This document shows positions 1-8,970 of a stretch of 64,000 nucleotides of DNA, one piece after another; within the stretch, counting starts at the first letter, position 1, and every line of letters starts with the position of its first letter. A program made the position numbers and the translations under genes. This stretch comes from Planctomycetota bacterium (lineage in GTDB: Bacteria; Planctomycetota; UBA8108; SXIK01), in assembly GCA_965223845.1 (NCBI GenBank), contig CBDCXR010000004.1, forward strand, positions 7,488,001 to 7,552,000, given 5' to 3'. Below the pieces are notes generated by a model, which worked only from the letters and a program-made list of their open reading frames with translations, did not search any database and was not told the origin of the DNA.

Positions 1-1
1 C

Positions 2-2275
2 AGCCCGCGCTTCCTCCAGGGCGTGGAACGCTTCAAAGACGCACCGATCCTCGTCGACCTCCGAGACCTCGAGCAAGGCGGTCTCATCGGGAAGCTCTTC
101 GAGAGTGGGAAGCTCCACTTTCAGATCTCCCAGACGAAGACGCGCGAGATCCTCTACACCCGGCTCGCGGACGACGCACGCTGTCGCTATCACGGCGAGA
201 TCGGAGCGGCGTTCGAAGAGTTCTATCGCGGGAAGGAAGAGGAGATCCTCGAGGAGCTGGCTTACCACTACCAGCAGAGCGATCAGCCGTGGAAGGCGCT
301 CGAGCTCGCCATGCGGGCGGGCGACCGACTGAAGGCGATCTACGCGAACGAGTCAGCCTGCGGGTACTACCTCTACGCCCTCGATCAGGTCGAAGGGCGC
401 GACGAACACTTCGATACGTGGGTGGAGATCCACGAGAAGCTCGGCGAACTCTGTACGACGATGGGCCGCTACGAGTTCGCGGAACGAAGCTACGGGACCC
501 TCCTCGACGAGGACGTCGTCGAGCGGCTCGATCCGGCGCGTGTGGTGCAGATCTTCATCAGCCGGGGAAAGGTGTTCGAGATCCAGGGCGACTACGACAC
601 CGCGCTCATCTGCTACAAGGACGCGCGCAACTACCTCGCCGAGTTCGCCCAGAACGACCTGATCGTCGAGCGCATCCGCGTATTCAACAGCATCGGCTGG
701 GTCTACGTGAACATGGGGAAGTACGAGAAGGCGCTTGCGATTTCGCTCGAAGCCATGCGCGTCATCGAGAACCTTCCCGAGAGCATCGAGCACGCGATGG
801 TCTACAACACCATCGGGAGCGCGAACTTCTACAAGGGGAACACGCGGCAGGCCATCGACTACCACCGCCGCAGCCTCCAGATCAAAGAGAACCTCGACTT
901 CATTCCCGAAACGACGATCTCGCTCAATCACCTCGGGAGCGCGTTCCTCGCGATCTCCGAGTACGGTGAAGCGCTCGAGCATCTCAATCGCGCGCTCCGA
1001 ACGAGCGAAGAGATCGGAGATCCGTACGGTCGAGCGCTGACACTCCACAACTTCGCGCGGCTGCGATTCATGGTCGGTCAACCCGAAGAGGGGTGGAAAT
1101 GTCTCGACCGATCCCTTCGCCTCTCGAAGGACTACAGCATGCGCTACCTCAACATCCAGAATTACGTGGTGCGAGGGCGTGCGCTCATGGAGGAGTGTGA
1201 GTACTCGAAGGCCGAGGGAAACTTTTTCCGCGCGTTGACAGCCTTCACGAAGCAGGGAAACCGCTGGGGGCTCTGTACCGTCCTCAGCGCGATCGCGGAG
1301 CTGCACCGCCTGCGCGGGAATCACGAGGAGGCGCGGGGGATGCTCAAGGAGGCGTGCCGCTACGCGGACGAGCTCGACATTCGACAACTCCGCGCTGGTT
1401 GTCTCCTCGTCGACGCCCGACTCCACCGTGAAACCGACACGAAGGGCGCGCGAGTCGCACTGCAGAAGCTCGAGAAAGCCGTCGCGATCGCGGAGAAGAG
1501 CGACTGCGCGGAGCTGAGCGGCGAGCTCAACTACGAAATGGGCGAAACCCTCGTCCGGTTGCGCCTCCTGTCGGACGCGACGCAGTACTACCGCGCGGCG
1601 GAGATGAAGTTTCGCGAAGTCTTCGACAACCTTCCGGAAGAGCTGCGCGACAGCTACAGTCGGCGGCAGAAGGCGCGATTCCGTGACTGGAAGCAGAGCG
1701 TCGCCATTCCGAAGGATCGAAGCGCTAAGTCGAGCGCGGATGCACCCTCTGGGAACGAAGACGAGCGGCAGGTTTCCGCCGAGGATTCGCTCCGCCGGGT
1801 CAATGAACTCATGATGCTCCTCGGGTCCGGATTACCTCTCGAGGAGCTCGTCGACCGCATTCTTCAGGAAGTCCTCGCGACTCTCCGCGGTCGCTCCGCG
1901 CTGTGGCTCCTCGTGAGCGGTCGCGACCTTAGCCTGGAGGGAGCACGGACGATCGACGGCAGCGAATGCGATGCCGAGGGAGTCCTTTCGCTCGGACTCA
2001 TCGAGCGCGTGCTCAACTCGGGACAGCCGCTCCTTCTCGCGGACATGGCCGACGATCAGGAAGCCGCCGAGCTCCTCGCGAGCTGCGACATTCGCATGTC
2101 GTCGCTCGCCGTACTCGCAGTGCCCGTTTCGCCGACGGAGCGCGGCGTTCTCTACGTGACGGACGCGCGACTTCCGAATCAAGGTGGGAATCGTTCCCTC
2201 CTCCTCGTCCAGCCGTTCCTGAACCTGCTGTCGATCGCGCACCAGCAGCGGCACACGGCGGATAGCTCGCCGTAG
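2..2275 (+). CDS. TPR-repeat protein with C-terminal GAF-like domain, 5' partial (likely C-terminal part of a kinase/AAA-ATPase-TPR-GAF signalling protein)
   Basis: Frame is open from base 2. LAYHYQQS...ALELAMRAGDRLKAIYANESA resembles the post-ATPase segment of STAND-like proteins; many TPR-like helices (YNTIGSANFYKGNTRQAIDYHRRSL); GAF-like C-terminus (LIERVLNSGQPLLLAD...AVP...GVLYV). Confidence 0.7.
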   Translation, partial: SPRFLQGVERFKDAPILVDLRDLEQGGLIGKLFESGKLHFQISQTKTREILYTRLADDARCRYHGEIGAAFEEFYRGKEEEILEELAYHYQQSDQPWKALELAMRAGDRLKAIYANESACGYYLYALDQVEGRDEHFDTWVEIHEKLGELCTTMGRYEFAERSYGTLLDEDVVERLDPARVVQIFISRGKVFEIQGDYDTALICYKDARNYLAEFAQNDLIVERIRVFNSIGWVYVNMGKYEKALAISLEAMRVIENLPESIEHAMVYNTIGSANFYKGNTRQAIDYHRRSLQIKENLDFIPETTISLNHLGSAFLAISEYGEALEHLNRALRTSEEIGDPYGRALTLHNFARLRFMVGQPEEGWKCLDRSLRLSKDYSMRYLNIQNYVVRGRALMEECEYSKAEGNFFRALTAFTKQGNRWGLCTVLSAIAELHRLRGNHEEARGMLKEACRYADELDIRQLRAGCLLVDARLHRETDTKGARVALQKLEKAVAIAEKSDCAELSGELNYEMGETLVRLRLLSDATQYYRAAEMKFREVFDNLPEELRDSYSRRQKARFRDWKQSVAIPKDRSAKSSADAPSGNEDERQVSAEDSLRRVNELMMLLGSGLPLEELVDRILQEVLATLRGRSALWLLVSGRDLSLEGARTIDGSECDAEGVLSLGLIERVLNSGQPLLLADMADDQEAAELLASCDIRMSSLAVLAVPVSPTERGVLYVTDARLPNQGGNRSLLLVQPFLNLLSIAHQQRHTADSSP

Positions 2276-2437
2276 GGCGTCGCTCGGTACACCCTCCTGT
2301 CTCCGACAAACGCCGCGACACCGTAGCCTGAACCTCGAATCGACTCGCGCCGGGGCGTGACGGCAGCACGGCGAGTCAGGCACGAGGAGAATCACGGCGC
2401 CGGGAACGGGAACGAGTTCAGAGCGCGACGAGGTTAG

Positions 2438-2608
2438 CCCGGTCTTCTCACCAGACTCGGTGAGCGAAGCGGCGAGCCGCCACAAGGCGTGAATGGACAA
2501 GGAGGTGGCGCCGGGCCGCCCGGAGGTGTGCTTCTAGCACAGTGAGGATCGGGGCGACGCATCCGATGCTCTTGTGGTGGCGCAGCAGAATCTGGTGAGA
2601 AGCCCGGG
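2438..2608. mobile_element. 171-bp miniature inverted-repeat element (MITE-like) flanked by a TTAG duplication
   Basis: Left end CCCGGTCTTCTCACCAGA (2438-2455) matches the reverse complement of the right end (2591-2608) at 17/18; TTAG direct repeats at 2434-2437 and 2609-2612; inner arms GCCGCCACAAG/CTTGTGGTGGC also pair; no transposase. Confidence 0.6.
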
Positions 2609-4126
2609 TTAGAACGGAACCTCGAAGAACTGCTCCTGCGGATTGAAGAGCCGTCCCTTCCGGTAGGCGATGAGCATCGCGCGGATGACCTCGGGATCGT
2701 ATTTCGTCCCGGCGCCGTCCCGAATCTCGAGAAGTGCGTCCTTGATGCTGAGCTCGCTCGAGCCCTCGCGGACGCCGTAGAGAACGCGGTCGAGGTCAAT
2801 CGCCGGGTTGAGGATTCGACCGAGCTGCGGAATCTCCTCTCCCTTCTTTCCTTCGGGAGAGCCGCTCCCGTCGAAGTGCTCGTTCGCGCACTCGATGGCG
2901 GGAAGAATCTCGGCGAGCTCGGTTACCCGGCCGAGCAGCTCGCGCGCGTAGTGATTGCGCTTCGTTTCGCGCGTTAGCTCCTGCTGCTGCTCGCTGTCGG
3001 TCATCGGAATATTGCCGATCGTGTGGAGCATGCCGACGAGCCACGCGTTCCGAAGGTCGTGAGTGCCGTAGCCGAGCTCCTTCGCGATCGCGAGGCACGA
3101 CGTCGCGACGCGTTCGCAGTAGCCCCGCGTCTCTGGAGTACGCATCTCGCCGGCGGACACTAGCGTGTGAATCGTCTGACGAAAGAAGCGGTCGGAGTTG
3201 CTGACGAGCTTCAGCATGCTGATCGTCGATCCGAGCTGGATGCCGATGACCGATGCGAGCTCGAGATCCTCCGGAGAGAAGGCTTCGGGCTTGTTCGAGT
3301 AGCAGTAGACCACGCCGCGACATTCCCCTAGAGCCGTGATCGGCACGCAGAGAACGGAGTGGAGCTGATTGACGACGACGCTTTCCATCGCCTGGAATTG
3401 AGCGTCGATCGCAGCATCCGCGGTCAGAATGGCGCGACCCTGGCGCATGCAATCGCCGATGATTCCGCGCGAAACACCGGCTTCCGACGATGCATCGTCG
3501 TCGCGATCGTAGCGTCCGATGACGTCGAACTCGCCGTGCACCTCGCCCGACCCACCTTTCCACAAGACGTAGACGTGGTCGGCCTTGAGCGTCTTTCCCA
3601 GAATTTTGGCGACCTGGTTCTGAAGCTTCGAGAGATCCTTCTCTTCGCCGATGATGTGCGCGATGTGAAAGAGGACGTTCAGATCGCGCTTCTCGGGCGT
3701 GTCGACGGAGTCCGGCGGAACCGGTGCGAGTCCGCCCATCGTGTCGGTCAGCCGGAACTGAATCGTGGAGCTCGGGCTCACGGCGACCGGAGTGTCCGCG
3801 CCGCGAAGGATTCGGCTCGAGTCCGTGAGGTGGGCGAGGCGATCTTCGAAGACGAGCACGGAGTTGCCGATTCGGACGCGATCACCGTAGCGAAGGATCT
3901 CCTCCCGAACGGACTCTTCGTTTACGAACGTACCGTTTCGACTCTCGAGATCGCGGATGAAGAACACTTCGCCGATCTTGACGACTTCCGCGTGTTGACG
4001 CGAGACACCCTGATCCGGAATGACGATGCCCTTCCCGGGCTCGCGGCCGAGCGTGAGCGGGGCGTCGCCGGCGAGCTCGTACACCTTGCCTTTGTTCGGA
4101 CCGTGTTTCACACGCAGAATCGCCAT
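2609..4126 (-). CDS. FHA-GAF-HD-GYP-like protein (degenerate phosphodiesterase motifs)
   Basis: FHA motifs LGR...VSRQHA...DLESRNGTFVN; GAF (SVLCVPI...GVVYC); HD-GYP-like region with LHTIG and EHFDGSGSPEGKKGEEIP...YDPEVI. Confidence 0.85.
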   Translation of the reverse strand: MAILRVKHGPNKGKVYELAGDAPLTLGREPGKGIVIPDQGVSRQHAEVVKIGEVFFIRDLESRNGTFVNEESVREEILRYGDRVRIGNSVLVFEDRLAHLTDSSRILRGADTPVAVSPSSTIQFRLTDTMGGLAPVPPDSVDTPEKRDLNVLFHIAHIIGEEKDLSKLQNQVAKILGKTLKADHVYVLWKGGSGEVHGEFDVIGRYDRDDDASSEAGVSRGIIGDCMRQGRAILTADAAIDAQFQAMESVVVNQLHSVLCVPITALGECRGVVYCYSNKPEAFSPEDLELASVIGIQLGSTISMLKLVSNSDRFFRQTIHTLVSAGEMRTPETRGYCERVATSCLAIAKELGYGTHDLRNAWLVGMLHTIGNIPMTDSEQQQELTRETKRNHYARELLGRVTELAEILPAIECANEHFDGSGSPEGKKGEEIPQLGRILNPAIDLDRVLYGVREGSSELSIKDALLEIRDGAGTKYDPEVIRAMLIAYRKGRLFNPQEQFFEVPF

Positions 4127-4661
4127 GGATGACTCCCTGGAGGGTAGTAGGCCCGGACTTCGCCCGCGTCGTTCTGGCTTCGCCGGCGAGTGGGTTCCGA
4201 TTCAGTGAGATTGAGAGTTTCTCATCCCTGCGCGCGGCTCGACCGGTTCGCTCGACGAGTCGACTACCGAGTTCGCGTTTGAAGGATTCGCGGCGCGCAG
4301 CGGGTCGGCGCCGAGACGCTCCGCCCAGGACCGATCCCGATCGTCGCGGTGGACGCCCCTCTCGCCGGCGGTTCGCCTCGCACGCTGCCCGACGTGACGC
4401 CGCTCTCGAGTGCCGGGTCGCCGTCCAGACATGCTGCCGTCGACACACACCTCGAGGCCGGCGGTGACGCTACGCTCGACACTTGTTCGGTGTCCGTGCG
4501 TTCTTCGTCAGCGCGTCAGACCACGGAGGGATTCTCTCGTCACTACGACACGACCGCCGGCCGCTTTCGCGGCCGCTGAGAAGCTTGAATTATACTCGAC
4601 CCCATCCGAGGAGGAAGGCACAATTCGCGCGCACGCATCCCCGCTCCGCGTACCGCCCGAA

Positions 4662-5390
4662 ATGACTGATTCGTCTCTTCCCGCGACGCGTCCGAACCTG
4701 CTCGTGAGTGTGCGAGACGTGCCGGAAGCGCGTCTCGCCCTCAGTGCGGGCGTTCTGTTCATCGACGTGAAAGAGCCGGGTCGTGGTCCTCTCGGTGCGG
4801 CGGACGCCGGATTGTTATGGGAAGTTGTTCGGCTGCGTCGTGATCGATGCGTCACCGTGAGCGCCGCGCTCGGCGAGCTCCGAGATCAGCCGCAGCCCGA
4901 TCGTTCCCGGATCGTTCCCGGCGTCGAGTTGTACAAGCTCGGCCTTTCCCGTTGCGGCGACGACTGGCGTGATCGATTGGCGGAGTGGGACGCGGAGCTC
5001 TACCGAGCCGGCAGTCGTCTCGTTCCCTCCGCGTACGCGGATGCTGCCGCCGCGGGTTCGCCTCCTCCCGAACAGATCCTGAAGCTCGCGCAGCGGCTAG
5101 AGTCGCCCTACGTTCTCCTCGACACCTTCGAAAAGCGCACGGGATCGCTCCGGTCGCACCTCGGCGACACCGAGCTTCGGGAGTTCATCGACACGGCTCA
5201 CCGCGCGGGAGTGCGCGTCGCGCTCGCAGGGTCGATCCGAGCCGACGACATCGGGCCGGTGGCGCGCCTCGGCCCCGACGTCATCGGAGTTCGCCGCGCG
5301 GCGTGTACGCGCGGCGAGCGTACCGCCGCAATCGACGCAGAACGCATCGGTCGGCTCGATGCGGCGCTCGTCGCTGCGACCGCTCCGTGA
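4662..5390 (+). CDS. mfnB: (5-formylfuran-3-yl)methyl phosphate synthase (MfnB/DUF556 family)
   Basis: LLVSVRDVPEA...IDVKEPGRGPLGA, VSAALGEL, LLDTFEK, ALAGS, PDVIGVRRAAC motifs; ATG at 4662 chosen as start. Confidence 0.85.
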   Translation: MTDSSLPATRPNLLVSVRDVPEARLALSAGVLFIDVKEPGRGPLGAADAGLLWEVVRLRRDRCVTVSAALGELRDQPQPDRSRIVPGVELYKLGLSRCGDDWRDRLAEWDAELYRAGSRLVPSAYADAAAAGSPPPEQILKLAQRLESPYVLLDTFEKRTGSLRSHLGDTELREFIDTAHRAGVRVALAGSIRADDIGPVARLGPDVIGVRRAACTRGERTAAIDAERIGRLDAALVAATAP

Positions 5391-5423
5391 GCCGAAACTG
5401 ACGCCGCGCGAGCGAGGCCGGTG

Positions 5424-6176
5424 CTACCGAGTTTCCGTCGTCTCTGCCGTCTCCGGGGCGCCGTCTACGACGAACAATCCGTCGCGCATGTGGAGCTTCC
5501 GGTGGGCGAGGCCGGCGAGACTGAGGTCGTGCGTGACGAGCACGAACGCCGTCTTCGTCCGGTGATTGAGATCGAGCATCATCGCGTGGATCTTTTCGCC
5601 CGTCTCGGTGTCGAGATTGCCGGTCGGCTCGTCGCAAAACACGACGCGAGGCTCGTTCATGAGCGCGCGCGCGATCGCGGTGCGCTGTCGCTCGCCACCC
5701 GAGAGACGGCCGGGGGAGAACTCCCTGCGCTCGCTGAGTCCAACCATGTCGAGAAGTGAATCCGCTCGCTGCCGCAGCTCCTTCGCCATCCGCGAGTACC
5801 GCGCCGTTCGGTACTGAATCATCGCCGGAAGGAGCACGTTCTCTGCGACCGAGAGATCGGGCAGCAGATGGTAGGACTGAAACACGAAACCGAACTCGCG
5901 GTTCCGGATCTCTGCGCGCTGTCGGGCGCTCAAGCGCGCGAGATCGAGCGGCTTCTCCGTGTTTCGCGCGCAAAACGTCAGTGTGCCCGAGGTCGGCAGA
6001 TCGAGGAGGCCGAGCACGTTGAGGAGTGTGCTCTTTCCGACGCCGGACATACCGACGATCGATACGATCTCGCCTTCGTGAACATCGAGATCGACTCCCT
6101 TGAGGACGGGATAGGTCACGCGGTTCGCGTGATACTCCTTGTGGATCGAGCGCGCCGAGTAGATCGCCGTCTTCAT
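5424..6176 (-). CDS. lolD: Lipoprotein-releasing ABC transporter ATP-binding subunit LolD-like
   Basis: GMSGVGKST, RNREFGFVFQSYHLL, LSGGERQR, DEPTGNLD, VTHD; directly follows a LolC/E-like permease. Confidence 0.85.
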   Translation of the reverse strand: MKTAIYSARSIHKEYHANRVTYPVLKGVDLDVHEGEIVSIVGMSGVGKSTLLNVLGLLDLPTSGTLTFCARNTEKPLDLARLSARQRAEIRNREFGFVFQSYHLLPDLSVAENVLLPAMIQYRTARYSRMAKELRQRADSLLDMVGLSERREFSPGRLSGGERQRTAIARALMNEPRVVFCDEPTGNLDTETGEKIHAMMLDLNHRTKTAFVLVTHDLSLAGLAHRKLHMRDGLFVVDGAPETAETTETR

Positions 6177-6246
6177 CGCGGGAGACTCTCGAATCGTCGG
6201 GCTGGGGGATGGAAGAGAAAGAGTGCGCGGGCGGATCGCTCGCGGC

Positions 6247-7824
6247 CTACTCGTGTTGAATCGTCTCGATCGGATTCCGCCGAGACGCCCACACCGCTGG
6301 GATCAGACTCGCGGCCACTCCCAGCACCAACGCCGGTGCAGCGCTCAGAAGGACGTCCTCCCAGCGGAACGCGATCGGAATCCGATCGAGATCGTACACT
6401 TCCGGCGGGAAGAGCTGGACGCCGAACGTCGCATCGATCCAGTCGTGAATCGGGTTGATGTTTTCGCAGAAGAGGTAGCCGAGGAAGAGTCCGCTGATCG
6501 TGCCGGCGAATGTGAGTGTCACGCCGTTGATGAGAAAAATCCCGACGATTCCCCGCGGAGTCGCGCCGAGAGCGAGGAGGATTCCGATGTCGCGCGTCTT
6601 CTCGATCACGGTGAGCACCAGCATGAGGAGAATCATGCACGCCGTGAACGCGACGAGAAAGATCAGTAGAAAGTAGATCACGTACTTCTCGCGCTCGACG
6701 GCGTTGATCTTGTTCGGATTGTGGTCCTCCCAGGACTCGACCCGAAGGCGTGCGTTCGACGCGTCCGCCCGCGCGTACTCGATCAGCCGGCGCTGGAGCT
6801 CCGCTCGCGTCTCGGGGAGCTGGTCGAGGTCTGCCACCGCGAGGCGCATACCCTGGTAGCGACTCGAGCCGATCTCGAGGTCGTAGAGGTTGAGCTTGTT
6901 CCGGACGATGTCGACGTTCGTGTAGAGGAGGCTGCTGTCGTATTCGAACGTCCCGGTCTTGAACGCTCCGACGACGACGAGCGGGATGCTCACGGCTTGC
7001 GACGTCGCGGGATCGAGCGTCACTACGGTGAGGACTTGCCCGAGAAACATCTCCCGGTCGACGAGGAAATGAAGACCGACGAGGACGCCGTGAGGCGGTG
7101 CGCTCCTACGATACTCCTCGGCGACTTCGGGGTTGTGCCGCGCGAGGGTGCCCCGGCGTGACTCGACGTGAAAGAAGGCGGCGAACTCCTCGGACGAAAT
7201 CGGTGCGCGCTCGCCGTCCGAGAGGATCTTGTCTGCGATTTGGATCGCCGTCGCGCGATCCTTCCGGACGTCCTCGATCGTTCGCTCGTCGTCGCGCTCC
7301 TCGTCGATCCCGAGGGCACCCAGAACGGAATCGAGCTCACTCGCCCGAAGCGTCGATTTTCCCATGTCGGTCACATCCACGTGCCGGTCGACGTCGACTC
7401 CGCGGAGCTGGCACGGGTTGAAGCCGCCGCTTCGATACATCGCCAGCGTTTCGATGAACGCAGCGGCGGCGGTGACATTCGGGACGCTCGCGACGATGTC
7501 GTCGACTTCGGAGATCCGCGTCAGGGCGTAGGGACGCTCGGAGAGGACGAGCAGGTGCGCTTCCTGACCGCGGAGAGTCTCGCGGAAGCGTTCGACGTAG
7601 CCGCCCATGATGCTGAGGACGACGAGGATGATCGCGACGCCGAAATTGATCGCGAGGAACGCGCCGAAGGCTGAGAGTCGTGTGATGAGGTAGCGGCAGC
7701 TCAGCTTCGCCTGGTAGCGCCGTGCGAGCAGCCCGACCGCCGCGAGGCCCGCGAGCATCAGGGCGGCGACGATGCTCACGACGGCCGCGGGTGAGAGCGA
7801 GGCCCAGAGAGCCGTTCCGGTCAT
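6247..7824 (-). CDS. LolC/E-like (FtsX family) ABC permease
   Basis: GVAIILVVLSIMGG, VIEKTRDIGILLALGAT, VYDLDRIP, ASLIPAVWASRRNPIETI; start placed at ATG 7824. Confidence 0.85.
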   Translation of the reverse strand: MTGTALWASLSPAAVVSIVAALMLAGLAAVGLLARRYQAKLSCRYLITRLSAFGAFLAINFGVAIILVVLSIMGGYVERFRETLRGQEAHLLVLSERPYALTRISEVDDIVASVPNVTAAAAFIETLAMYRSGGFNPCQLRGVDVDRHVDVTDMGKSTLRASELDSVLGALGIDEERDDERTIEDVRKDRATAIQIADKILSDGERAPISSEEFAAFFHVESRRGTLARHNPEVAEEYRRSAPPHGVLVGLHFLVDREMFLGQVLTVVTLDPATSQAVSIPLVVVGAFKTGTFEYDSSLLYTNVDIVRNKLNLYDLEIGSSRYQGMRLAVADLDQLPETRAELQRRLIEYARADASNARLRVESWEDHNPNKINAVEREKYVIYFLLIFLVAFTACMILLMLVLTVIEKTRDIGILLALGATPRGIVGIFLINGVTLTFAGTISGLFLGYLFCENINPIHDWIDATFGVQLFPPEVYDLDRIPIAFRWEDVLLSAAPALVLGVAASLIPAVWASRRNPIETIQHE

Positions 7825-8173
7825 TCCGTTCCGTTCGAGTCGGCTGCGATCATTCGTTTCCGGGCTGCCGGACCAGCGCGCGCCCGCCCGGCAGTCATCC
7901 GCGGCCCTCGGGCGCGCGTCGCCGGCCCAAACGACGCGGGATTCTACCCCGGAGTTCTCACGAGATTCTACTCCGCCCGGCGCGCTGGGTCGCGGACGGG
8001 AGTTCGGTGCACGACTCGCACACACCGATCTACGCGGCTACCGGCGGGGCCGTCCGCGACGATCCTTCCTCCGAGGGATTCCGGGATCCTCGAACGCCAA
8101 GGGGAAGTCGAGTTTCCGCGTTCGCGCCGCCGAGGCGTGGTCAAACTCGAGGCTAGGGTACAATGCTGTCGTC

Positions 8174-8692
8174 ATGGACGAGCGCCTACGCCCATTTGAA
8201 CGACTGACGCGGCCCGGTCAGTTCCGCCGCGTATTTCGCCGGGGCCGCACGTACCGATCGCCACGGCTTCGCATCCACTTCATGCCTTCGACGGGGGCGG
8301 AATCGCGTCTCGGACTCGTCGTGAAGAAGAAGCTCGGGAAGTCGGTCGTCCGGAACGCGATCAAGCGGAGTCTCCGCGAGGTCTTTCGGCGGCGGAAGAG
8401 AGACCTCGGCATGCCGTACGACGTCGTCCTCGTCCCCGAAAGCGAGCCGGCGACGTACGCGGAGTACGCGAGCGCGTTCGAGAGCTTCGCGCGCCACGTC
8501 GTCTCGCGCGGGCGCTGGAGCAAGCCGGCTCGGCGCGGGCCGAAGCGCCGAGACGCGCGTGATTCGCGGCCGCGTGAAGGGCGCTCGCCGCGTGCCGGTG
8601 GAAGAGGCGACCGGAGCGGCGGACGCCGGCGCGCCGGCGACGCTGCGACGGCGGAGGCCTCGGTGCCGGCCGGTGGCGAGCGCGGTGATTGA
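8174..8692 (+). CDS. rnpA: Ribonuclease P protein component with Arg-rich C-terminal extension
   Basis: ERL...[36 protein letters not shown] (RNR-motif region); followed by yidD. Confidence 0.85.
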   Translation: MDERLRPFERLTRPGQFRRVFRRGRTYRSPRLRIHFMPSTGAESRLGLVVKKKLGKSVVRNAIKRSLREVFRRRKRDLGMPYDVVLVPESEPATYAEYASAFESFARHVVSRGRWSKPARRGPKRRDARDSRPREGRSPRAGGRGDRSGGRRRAGDAATAEASVPAGGERGD

Positions 8693-8969
8693 TTCCGTGC
8701 GCTCGACGAAGCCGGTCAGAGGAACCGCGTCGGGGCCGAGTCGGCCGCGACCGGGTGTTGCGAGCCGCAGCCTGATCGCAGCGCTGCGCGCCTACAAGTC
8801 GTTTCTCTCGCCCTTCCTCCCACCTCTCTGCCGCTTTCACCCGACTTGCTCGTGCTACTTTCGTCAGGCGGTCGAACGGCACGGCGCCGTGCGAGGGTCG
8901 TGGCTCGGAGTGAAGCGGCTGTGTCGGTGCCACCCGTTCGGTCGGGGCGGATACGATCCCGTTCCTTGA
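8685..8969 (+). CDS. yidD: Membrane protein insertion efficiency factor YidD
   Basis: YKSFLSP...[10 protein letters not shown]...AVERHG...[17 protein letters not shown]; start uncertain. Confidence 0.9.
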   Translation: MIDSVRSTKPVRGTASGPSRPRPGVASRSLIAALRAYKSFLSPFLPPLCRFHPTCSCYFRQAVERHGAVRGSWLGVKRLCRCHPFGRGGYDPVP

Positions 8970-8970
8970 G

